A stretch of 47,719 bases of DNA, taken from positions 1-47,719 of the forward strand of contig JALDAF010000001.1 in assembly GCA_022729315.1 (NCBI GenBank), read 5' to 3'. Below are positions 18,986 to 25,870 of the stretch, in pieces. Below the pieces are notes generated by a model. It saw nothing but the letters and a program-made list of their open reading frames with translations. It was not told the origin of the DNA and did not search any database. How positions within the stretch are numbered: the stretch's first letter is position 1; each line of letters starts with the position of its first letter. Both the position numbers and the translations under genes were made by a program. Source of the stretch: Candidatus Nanohalalkaliarchaeum halalkaliphilum (lineage in GTDB: Archaea; Nanohalarchaeota; Nanosalinia; Nanosalinales; Nanohalalkaliarchaeaceae).

Positions 18986-19192
18986 TCAGTACAGTGAGTG
19001 GACTTTGCGGTTATGCCGGTCCATGTCGTCGAAGGTGAGAAAGGTTTTCCGGCAGTTCATACAGTCCAGGACTTTCTGCTCCACCTCGATGAAGTCAGTG
19101 TGTCCGGACATATGACTGTGTAAATCCTCCTGCTCTCTGAACGTGAGGCCGCAGAGCTCACAGGATGGTTGCGGAAAATGGGTTGGATTCAT
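18986..19192 (-). CDS. Small protein with two C2H2 zinc fingers
   Basis: 68 aa. CELCGLTFREQEDLHSHMSGH and CMNCRKTFLTFDDMDRHNRKVH both fit C-x2-C-x3-F-x5-hydrophobic-x2-H-x3/4-H. Confidence 0.7.
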   Translation of the reverse strand: MNPTHFPQPSCELCGLTFREQEDLHSHMSGHTDFIEVEQKVLDCMNCRKTFLTFDDMDRHNRKVHSLY

Positions 19193-19203
19193 GCTGCACC
19201 CGG

Positions 19204-19455
19204 TTACGCCTCGATACCGAGGTGTTCGGACAGTTCGTCCTCATCGAACCCGACAACGATTTCTTCCTCTCCATCGTCGTCGATGATGGTAACCGGTACA
19301 CCGCGCTGCCCGCTCTTCTCGATCATCTCCTCCTGTGCGTCCTCGTCAGATTCCACGTCGACCTCTTCATAGTCGATGTCGTGTTCCTGGAAGAAGTTCT
19401 TGGTTTTCTTGCACCAGGGGCATTGCGATGTCGTATAGATTGTTACATTGCTCAT
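19204..19455 (-). CDS. Glutaredoxin/NrdH-like redoxin
   Basis: 83 aa. VTIYTTSQCPWCKKTKNFF (CPxC) plus GVPVTIIDD...VVGFD is a thioredoxin-fold signature. Confidence 0.8.
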   Translation of the reverse strand: MSNVTIYTTSQCPWCKKTKNFFQEHDIDYEEVDVESDEDAQEEMIEKSGQRGVPVTIIDDDGEEEIVVGFDEDELSEHLGIEA

Positions 19456-19578
19456 TGTAAACCACGTAAACAGTTAGTCGGTGGTGATATAAAAAGTATG
19501 TGCCCGGCCCGGTGGTGTGGATCGGTTACCGGAATCTTGAACTATGGATTTAAAACTTGTTTTTACCAGTAACAAGGT

Positions 19579-19905
19579 ATGGGACAGGACAGTAAACGGT
19601 TCAAGGCAAAGCATAACAGTCCATTCAACGCGGACTCTGCGACGATCATGCATGGAAAGGGATCGTTCGTTGTTGACTTCAAGCAGACCACGCCACGACT
19701 GGACAAGATAGATGACTCGAAGCAGCACACCGTGATCACGGAACACAATGCGGTGGTGCTCCGTCCACGGATGGCAAAGATCCTTCTTCGACTTCTGGAG
19801 GAGAACATCTCCAACTACGAGGAAAAGTTCGGGGAGATCGATATCCCGGAACGGAAAGAGGACATGGGTTCATCAACACCAGAGAACCACGGGTATATCG
19901 GGTAG
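19579..19905 (+). CDS. DUF3467-like protein
   Basis: 108 aa. GSFVVDFKQ...VVLRPRMAKILLRLLEENISNYEEKFGEI resembles the DUF3467 C-terminal AKxLxxxLxxxxxxYExxFGxI block. TTTAAAA is centred 27 nt upstream of the ATG. Confidence 0.6.
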   Translation: MGQDSKRFKAKHNSPFNADSATIMHGKGSFVVDFKQTTPRLDKIDDSKQHTVITEHNAVVLRPRMAKILLRLLEENISNYEEKFGEIDIPERKEDMGSSTPENHGYIG

Positions 19906-20005
19906 CACATTCGTTCTCATATTTTCATCCTGGTGCAAGCACTGTGCATACGACTCAGTGATTCCACTGTCCTGGCACATGACACTCTTAAAGAGGTAGG
20001 ATGAT

Positions 20006-21586
20006 ATGGAACTACGTATGGTTGAGGAGAAACAGGAAACGGAAGTAGAAGCCTACATCCAGGTAACCGGCAACCTCTTCGAGTCGGTGCAGGACGGACC
20101 CGTGTTCAACGATTCAAAGACGTTCGTGGACTGTGTTCCGATCCAGCCACCGGAAGATATCATGGACGCGTTCCTGGAACGCCAGCCGGACACCCCGGAG
20201 GACCTGGAGGAATTCGTATACAACCATTTCCACGTTCCGGAGGAGCTGGCACCCACCGAGAACCAGCCGACCGGGAAACCGATGGAACGCCATATCCAGG
20301 ACCTGTGGAGCGTTCTGTCCCGGCCCGCACACGACGACGTATCACCGAACACCACGCTCATCCCGCTCATCCGGCCGTACATCGTGCCGGGCGGACGGTT
20401 CCGCGAGATATACTACTGGGACTCCTACTTCACCGTGGAGGGACTGGCAGCGTGTGGCCGGATGGATACAGTGGAGGACATGGTCCGAAACCTGGCATAC
20501 CTGGTTGAACGGTTCGGATTCATCCCGAACGGCAACCGCATCTACTACCTGGGACGGTCCCAGCCACCGGTATTTGCACTGATGGTTGACGTCCTCCAGC
20601 GGTACGGTAGGGAGGATGCTGCCGTCGAGCATCGCCATCACCTAAAACAGGAGTACCGGTTCTGGATGGACGGCCGCGACGCTGTTTCCCAGGGGGTGAT
20701 GGCACACCGCCGACTGGTCAGGCCCGACACGGACACCCACCTGAACCGGTACTGGGATGACCGGGCCACTCCCCGCCCCGAAGCATACGAGGAGGATACA
20801 CACCTGGCACAGGATGTTCCGGAGGAACACCGGAACGCGTTGTACCGCAACATCCGTGCCGCCTGTGAATCCGGATGGGATTTCAGCAGCCGCTGGTTCC
20901 AGAACCCGATGGACATGCGCACCATCCGCACCACGGAACTGCTTCCGGTCGACCTCAACGCATACCTCTACTTCATGGAGAAAACGCTTGCTGACCTGTA
21001 TGCAGCAGCCGGTGACGAAGAAACGGCGGCCCAGTACCAGTCCGCAGCAGAACAACGGAAGGCCGTGTTCGACCAGTATTTCTGGGACCCGGAAGAGCAG
21101 TACTACTTTGATCATGACTGGGTGAACGAGGCACAGACCGATACCTGGTCGCTTGCAGCAACCGTCCCACTCTTTGTCGGTCTCAGCTCACAGGAACAGG
21201 CCGACGCAGTCGCATCACACATCAAAGAACGGTTCCTGCATGATGGCGGACTTGTCGCGACCCTGAACGAGACCGGGGAGCAATGGGATTATCCGAACGG
21301 CTGGGCGCCCTGCCACTGGATGGCGGTCAACGGCCTCATCAGGTACGGCCACGACCAGCTTGCACAGGAGATCGCAGAACGATGGATCGGTCTCAACCAG
21401 GATGTGTATAACCGCACCGGGAAGATGATGGAAAAATACAACGTTGTCAACACGGAACTTGAGGCCGGTGGCGGCGAATACACCCTGCAGGATGGGTTCG
21501 GCTGGACGAACGGCGTCGCCATCGCATTCCTCAAAAACGCACTGATCACGGAAACCGACACACCACTTATCAAGGAAGCGGAGTGA
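20006..21586 (+). CDS. Alpha,alpha-trehalase, GH37 type, cytoplasmic (no signal peptide)
   Basis: Both GH37 signatures are present: PGGRFREIYYWDSYFT and EQWDYPNGWAPCHW. The alternative start at 20018 (MVEEKQ) is equally possible. Confidence 0.85.
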   Translation: MELRMVEEKQETEVEAYIQVTGNLFESVQDGPVFNDSKTFVDCVPIQPPEDIMDAFLERQPDTPEDLEEFVYNHFHVPEELAPTENQPTGKPMERHIQDLWSVLSRPAHDDVSPNTTLIPLIRPYIVPGGRFREIYYWDSYFTVEGLAACGRMDTVEDMVRNLAYLVERFGFIPNGNRIYYLGRSQPPVFALMVDVLQRYGREDAAVEHRHHLKQEYRFWMDGRDAVSQGVMAHRRLVRPDTDTHLNRYWDDRATPRPEAYEEDTHLAQDVPEEHRNALYRNIRAACESGWDFSSRWFQNPMDMRTIRTTELLPVDLNAYLYFMEKTLADLYAAAGDEETAAQYQSAAEQRKAVFDQYFWDPEEQYYFDHDWVNEAQTDTWSLAATVPLFVGLSSQEQADAVASHIKERFLHDGGLVATLNETGEQWDYPNGWAPCHWMAVNGLIRYGHDQLAQEIAERWIGLNQDVYNRTGKMMEKYNVVNTELEAGGGEYTLQDGFGWTNGVAIAFLKNALITETDTPLIKEAE

Positions 21587-21592
21587 TACCAG

Positions 21593-21832
21593 ATGATAGG
21601 CGATGACGAACTCTACTGTCACCACCAAGACGAAAACACGGGGTACAGGATGGAACTGGTGGAGAACGGTATCGACACGATCGATGAATCAGGACGCCTC
21701 CGCCGTGGAGACCGGTACGAATGCATCCAACCGGACTGCGACACAGTGTTAATCACAGACTTTGGCCAGCCTTATGATCTGGACGGCATCACACAGGCCA
21801 TCAAACTCGTGTACGACGACAACCCACTATAA
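21593..21832 (+). CDS. Hypothetical small Cys/His-containing protein
   Basis: 79 aa, starting 6 nt after the trehalase stop. Acidic, with YCHH and CIQPDC. No family recognised. Confidence 0.5.
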   Translation: MIGDDELYCHHQDENTGYRMELVENGIDTIDESGRLRRGDRYECIQPDCDTVLITDFGQPYDLDGITQAIKLVYDDNPL

Positions 21833-21835
21833 CCG

Positions 21836-22654
21836 TTACTCGTGGTAGTGGCCGTACGCCACATGCGCAACAAGCGTCCCCTCCCCGTCCCGGAGGAAGA
21901 GGCGGTCACCGTCATTGTTCCACACCGGCCGCGACGCATCCCAGAACCGTTTATTCTCCGTGTCAATGCCGTCGCCGGAGTACAGCGTCACAGACCTGTT
22001 CTCAACCAGCACCGTTTCAGGAAACGTGTACCGTTTCGTCCCCGCATCACTCACCGTCCACCCCTCCATATTCACGGTATCACACCGGTTCCGGAACGTC
22101 ACGTTCTCCCCGTTCATGTTGAACCGGTCATCTCCCGGTGCATCCCAGTGAAAGGCGGTGATTGTTATACAGTCCGCTGCCGGCGACCGCTCCCACAGGT
22201 ACATCCCGCGTTCCCGTGCCTCCCCTTCAGCCGCCTGAAATGCCTCCATATACTGGTCCGGTCCAGCCGGATAGTACACCGTTGCCAGCCCCTCCTCGAC
22301 CAGCAACCGGTTCACGTTCACCCCATCAACATAGATATACCGTAACAACCGGTCGTACCGGTCACGCGCATCACCGATCGCCACCAGCGTCACGGTCTGC
22401 TCCTCCACCAGTTCGGCCAACCGTTCCATCGCCTCCTCCGCATACGGTTCACCGGTCTCAGTCGCATCCAGGCCCAGCAACCGCACCCGTTCACCGCTCT
22501 CCACGACCACCGTATCCCCATCAAGCACCGATTCAACGACCGTAACCTCTTCCAAGACCGCACCATCAGACGACTGACCAGCATAGGACTCGGCAACCAC
22601 CAGCCCACCCAGCACCACGACAAGCATCACCACCAGCTGCACACGCCGATCCAT
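21836..22654 (-). CDS. Secreted/anchored staphylococcal-nuclease-like thermonuclease with C-terminal lamin-tail domain
   Basis: Start trimmed to MDRRVQLVVMLVVVLGGLVVA (signal/anchor). SNase core DGDTVVVESGERVRLLGLDATE...RLLRYIYVDG. LTD-like C-terminus ITITAFHWDAPGDDRFNMNGENVTFRNRCDTVNMEGWTVSD. Confidence 0.75.
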   Translation of the reverse strand: MDRRVQLVVMLVVVLGGLVVAESYAGQSSDGAVLEEVTVVESVLDGDTVVVESGERVRLLGLDATETGEPYAEEAMERLAELVEEQTVTLVAIGDARDRYDRLLRYIYVDGVNVNRLLVEEGLATVYYPAGPDQYMEAFQAAEGEARERGMYLWERSPAADCITITAFHWDAPGDDRFNMNGENVTFRNRCDTVNMEGWTVSDAGTKRYTFPETVLVENRSVTLYSGDGIDTENKRFWDASRPVWNNDGDRLFLRDGEGTLVAHVAYGHYHE

Positions 22655-22766
22655 ACCCGGTATACCGCCACGCCACCATAAAAAACCTGCATCCCGTTCA
22701 GAACGGCTTAAAAGAATATGCGGCGAACAACACACTACAAACATTTCCCAGCGTCCCGATTTACAC

Positions 22767-22841
22767 GCCCCGATGGTGTAGTCAGGCCAATCATTTCAGC
22801 CTCTCGAGCTGAAGACCCGGGTTCAAATCCCGGTCGGGGCA
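22767..22841 (+). tRNA. tRNA-Glu (anticodon CUC)
   Basis: 75 nt. Acceptor GCCCCGA/TCGGGGC plus discriminator A. Anticodon stem TCAGC/GCTGA with loop CTCTCGA (CUC). T arm CCGGG-TTCAAAT-CCCGG. CCA is not encoded. Confidence 0.85.
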
Positions 22842-22897
22842 TCGCTTCGCTCTTTCCGCCCGTGATTCTGCGCTTCGCAACGCTTCGCGTGTGCTCA

Positions 22898-22919
22898 GGT
22901 TCAAATCCCGGTTGGGGCA
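22898..22919 (+). repeat. Degenerate copy of the tRNA-Glu 3' end (T-loop to discriminator)
   Basis: GGTTCAAATCCCGGTTGGGGCA versus tRNA GGTTCAAATCCCGGTCGGGGCA: 21/22 identical, 56 nt downstream of the tRNA. Confidence 0.7.
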
Positions 22920-22967
22920 TTTTCCTAGGGATTTGAAGCCATAGAGGATTGCTTCGAGATCTTCCAA

Positions 22968-22989
22968 AGTTCAAATCTCAGTCAGGGCA
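22968..22989 (+). repeat. Second, more diverged copy of the tRNA-Glu 3' end
   Basis: AGTTCAAATCTCAGTCAGGGCA has the same length and layout with 5 mismatches. Preceded by GCTTCGAG, reminiscent of an anticodon-loop remnant. Confidence 0.55.
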
Positions 22990-23037
22990 TTCACTTTGTT
23001 CATGTCCGGTCCCTCGATGTTTTACCTCGCACTGCTG

Positions 23038-23058
23038 GTGCTCGGGTTCAATTCTTGA
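23038..23058 (+). repeat. Possible third remnant (weak)
   Basis: GTGCTCGGGTTCAA matches GTGCTCAGGTTCAA of the first remnant (22891-22904) at 13/14 positions, then diverges. Confidence 0.3.
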
Positions 23059-23083
23059 CGTTCCGTAGGAACTTCTGCTTTAG

Positions 23084-23102
23084 AAATTCTCACAGAGAAT
23101 TT
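23084..23102 (-). terminator. Perfect 8-bp hairpin just after the AI-2E transporter stop
   Basis: AAATTCTC-ACA-GAGAATTT, beginning 6 nt beyond the stop at 23108. Confidence 0.4.
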
Positions 23103-23107
23103 GGTAA

Positions 23108-24133
23108 TCAGTCGGTGGTTGGTTGTGGTGTATGGGGAGTGTCCTCTTTGAAGTATTTCATGGTGTAGAGGTCTTTGGTGACGACGAGGAGGATGGGGCC
23201 GATGATGACGCCTTTGAGGCCGATGGCGAGGGGTCCGAGGATGAAGCCGAGGAAGAGGAGGAACGGGTTTTCCTTTGTTTTGTATGCGCCGAACTGTGGG
23301 CGGAGCACGATTTCTGTGAACAGGTTGAGGACGGTGATGCCGTATATCATGATGCCGACCGCGATCAGGGTGTCTCCCTGGAGGTAGTACAGGATGGAGA
23401 GTGGGACGTAGATCATCGTGGCCGATATGATCGGGAGGAAGGCGAACATGCCGGCGAGGACACCCCACACCCAGTAATATTCGACGCCTAACAGGTAGAA
23501 TCCGGTGACGGCGAGGATGCCGACGATCGTGTCGACGATAAGGTAGGTTGTGAACACGCCGCGGAATAACTGGTCGATCGAGTGGGCGACCGCCTTTGCC
23601 GGGGTGCGGTATTCAGATGGGAACCGGTTTATCACGATGAATATGGCGTTGCTGATGCGTTTTCCGTCCTTTACGAGGAAGACAGTGATAACGAAGAAGA
23701 GCGCGAGATGGATGAGTGCGCCGGGCACGTTCAGGAGCATGCCGTGTACGGCGGTTTCGAACTGTGCCAGGATATCGAGTGAAACCTGTTCCAGTGCCTG
23801 TATGGTTTCCGGTGCCAGGTCGAACTGTTCCGCTACCACGTCCATGCCGTCTGTGATCGCTGCCAGGAACTGCTGTGAGATGATTGCAGCGACAGGGATG
23901 GCACTGATAACGAAGTATGCTGCACCGCCGACTATCACGAACAGCAGTAACATGGTGAGGCCGGCAGAGATCCGGGGGTTGGTTATGTACTGGTTCAGCT
24001 GTTCCTCCACGTGACGGAGAAAGTATGCGGTGAACACCGCCCATGCGATAGCGTCGAGAAACGGCCATATCAGCCACAGTGACACGGTGATCCCGGTCAT
24101 GGAGCCGATCAGGAACAGGGTTTCTGGCCGCAT
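23108..24133 (-). CDS. AI-2E family transporter (UPF0118/PerM-like)
   Basis: 341 aa, about 8 TM. The layout and C-terminal GLKGVIIGPILLVVTKDL block are typical of AI-2E/PerM permeases. Confidence 0.75.
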   Translation of the reverse strand: MRPETLFLIGSMTGITVSLWLIWPFLDAIAWAVFTAYFLRHVEEQLNQYITNPRISAGLTMLLLFVIVGGAAYFVISAIPVAAIISQQFLAAITDGMDVVAEQFDLAPETIQALEQVSLDILAQFETAVHGMLLNVPGALIHLALFFVITVFLVKDGKRISNAIFIVINRFPSEYRTPAKAVAHSIDQLFRGVFTTYLIVDTIVGILAVTGFYLLGVEYYWVWGVLAGMFAFLPIISATMIYVPLSILYYLQGDTLIAVGIMIYGITVLNLFTEIVLRPQFGAYKTKENPFLLFLGFILGPLAIGLKGVIIGPILLVVTKDLYTMKYFKEDTPHTPQPTTD

Positions 24134-24216
24134 ACCTGTTTATGGTATTGCACCCTATTTCTATCTAACCGTGTTTCAAGAGGATGGAAGAAAAGAAGGA
24201 TGTGGAGGATCGGGGG

Positions 24217-24510
24217 TCAGGAGGTGGTTCTCCGTCTGCGTCCCCGATCCTCCCGCTTGCGTGTTACCATGATGAGGCCGCCTTTCTCGATGAGCTGTAC
24301 CAGGTTGTCCTCGTCGCCGGTGAGGTCGGTCACATCAAACCTGTCATCGGTATCGTTGGCAGGATCGTCACGGGTTGTGTCGGTGTCTCGTTGGGAGTCA
24401 TAACACATTGGGAGGAGCGTCACCTGACATCGGTGTACCGGCACGACCTTTAAGTGGCGGAACAGTTTTACCGTGGTTCCATTCATCTGTAACAGTTGCA
24501 TGGTGTGCAT
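24217..24510 (-). CDS. Hypothetical small protein (start uncertain)
   Basis: The acidic middle and Arg-rich tail (…DLTGDEDNLVQLIEKGGLIMVTRKREDRGRRRRTTS) and the codon style resemble neighbouring genes. The overlapping plus-strand ORF looks non-coding. An internal start (MCYDSQRD) is possible. Confidence 0.35.
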   Translation of the reverse strand: MHTMQLLQMNGTTVKLFRHLKVVPVHRCQVTLLPMCYDSQRDTDTTRDDPANDTDDRFDVTDLTGDEDNLVQLIEKGGLIMVTRKREDRGRRRRTTS

Positions 24511-24545
24511 GTGTGGAACAGCTTGGATGGAATGGGTTGCCGGAG

Positions 24546-24563
24546 ATAAAAAATGAGAAAAAG
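24546..24563 (-). terminator. Two oligo-T runs downstream of the repeat-protein gene
   Basis: The minus strand reads CTTTTTCTCATTTTTTATC, 27-45 nt after the stop at 24590. Confidence 0.4.
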
Positions 24564-24589
24564 TTGGAGGGTTTGGGTGTCGGGATCAG

Positions 24590-25537
24590 TTAGAACGGCC
24601 AGCTGTCGCCGAACATACTGGATCCGGACAGACTGGTGCCGGTGTCCGTTTCCTGCTGCTGGTACTGGTCACCCGACTGTTCAGCTGCGGTTGCTGTTAC
24701 GTCACTGCCATCGTCTGCCTCATTGTATGCATCCTGCTGTCCCAGCTGTTCGCTGCGCTGCTCGGTGTGTGCTGTAGTGGTACTGTGGTCTCCGGTTGCA
24801 GCCGTGTTACCGGTCTGCCGATCGAACTGTGTCAGACCCTGTCGGCTGCCCGCCACGGTCAGGAAGCTATCCTCGCCGCTTTCCGCGTAGTTTCCAGTGT
24901 TCTGGTGTCCGCGTTGTTCACTGTCCTGTCCGGTGTATGCAGTATTTGTACTGTGGTCTCCGGATGCAGCCGTGTTCCCGGCCTGGTCACTGTACTGGCC
25001 GATATCCTGGTTTGAGGCGGCGATGGTGATGAAGCTGTCATCTCCACTGATTGCCGTGTTTGAAGCATCCTGTCCACTGGTCTGTGCATTGTTCTGATCT
25101 GTACTCGCTGTGTTGTTTGTGTTATCACCGGCGGCATGGGTTCCGGCGTCCTGTTCATTGTACTGGTCGCTTTGCTGGTTTGAGGCGGCGATGGTGATGA
25201 AGCTACCGTCACCGCTTTCCGCGGTGTTATCTGCGGCCTGGTAGCTGAGCTGGTTGTTATCCTGTGTGGTGTCTGCATCGTTCGCTGTCCCGTCACCGTA
25301 AGAACCGGTACTGGTTGACTGGGAGACCGCCTGACTGCTGCTTTGATCGCTTATGGCGAGCGTGAGGAAACTGTCATCGAATGTTTCTATCGAGGTTTCA
25401 ACATCCTGGTAAGTCTCTACAGGATCCTCGCTGATCTGCTGTGCATCAGCTATACTGATATCTGCTGCGACAGGTGCAGCAAGGAGTCCGACGATGATCC
25501 CTAAAACGGTCAGTAAGAGTAGATGGTGTCGATCCAT
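24590..25537 (-). CDS. Secreted Asn/Gln/Ser/Thr/Asp-rich repeat protein (curlin-like repeats)
   Basis: 315 aa. Sec signal MDRHHLLLLTVLGIIVGLLAAPVAAD, then four exact-length 56-aa repeats beginning G(D/E)(D/G)SF(I/L)T(I/V)A plus a partial fifth. Ends in SSMFGDSWPF. Confidence 0.75.
   Translation of the reverse strand: MDRHHLLLLTVLGIIVGLLAAPVAADISIADAQQISEDPVETYQDVETSIETFDDSFLTLAISDQSSSQAVSQSTSTGSYGDGTANDADTTQDNNQLSYQAADNTAESGDGSFITIAASNQQSDQYNEQDAGTHAAGDNTNNTASTDQNNAQTSGQDASNTAISGDDSFITIAASNQDIGQYSDQAGNTAASGDHSTNTAYTGQDSEQRGHQNTGNYAESGEDSFLTVAGSRQGLTQFDRQTGNTAATGDHSTTTAHTEQRSEQLGQQDAYNEADDGSDVTATAAEQSGDQYQQQETDTGTSLSGSSMFGDSWPF
24640..25381 (-). repeat. In-frame tandem coding repeats, 168-nt period
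   Basis: A 30-nt identical core CTGGTTTGAGGCGGCGATGGTGATGAAGCT occurs at 25007-25036 and 25175-25204 (168 nt apart). The protein repeats are 56 aa each. Confidence 0.8.
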
Positions 25538-25870
25538 GGTGACATAACAGGTACCGATGAACTGTTTAAATACAGCGTAATTTCCCAGTCCACCACTGGA
25601 AAAACGCTTTTACAGGCACAGAGCAGTATCGTGAAAGGGTACGATGATACGGCGCATCCCATCATTACCGGGAATATTGCCGGATAACACTAGTATGGAC
25701 GAAATGCATCCTGTTACTAACAACAGTCATGATTCGCCATGGTTACCTGGAACTGGTTTTGCTCCCCGGTGAACCTGGATCCAGGATAGTTCCATAGTTC
25801 CAGTGGAAGGAAGTAGCACCATAGCTTAACTGGTGGGGAAGATGAAATTAGTTCGTCCCCATGGAGCGCA

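Noticed and set aside
22842-22989. The tRNA 3'-end copies as genes for split-tRNA 3' halves (Nanoarchaeum-style).
   Set aside because: The copies lack the anticodon-stem and leader-complementary sequences expected of functional half-genes. They carry mismatches that break T-stem and acceptor pairing, and they sit in tandem right behind an intact tRNA-Glu. Integration scars explain them better.
23022-23468. 148-aa Pro/His/Arg-rich ORF overlapping the 3' part of the AI-2E transporter gene and the tRNA-remnant region.
   Set aside because: It has extreme low-complexity basic composition and lies in an alternative frame of a well-supported membrane protein gene. It is a shadow ORF.
24184-24453. 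89-aa plus-strand ORF between the AI-2E transporter and the repeat-protein gene.
   Set aside because: Its composition is hydrophobic and Gly/Val-rich with no TM logic. The overlapping minus-strand ORF (24217-24510) has neighbour-like codon and amino-acid usage, though that ORF is itself only weakly supported.
24640-25381. Regularly spaced direct repeats that might be mistaken for a CRISPR array (also 45650-45870).
   Set aside because: The repeats are in frame within long ORFs carrying signal peptides (168-nt and 78-93-nt periods). The units are contiguous and degenerate, with no unique spacers, and there are no cas genes. They are protein-coding tandem repeats.
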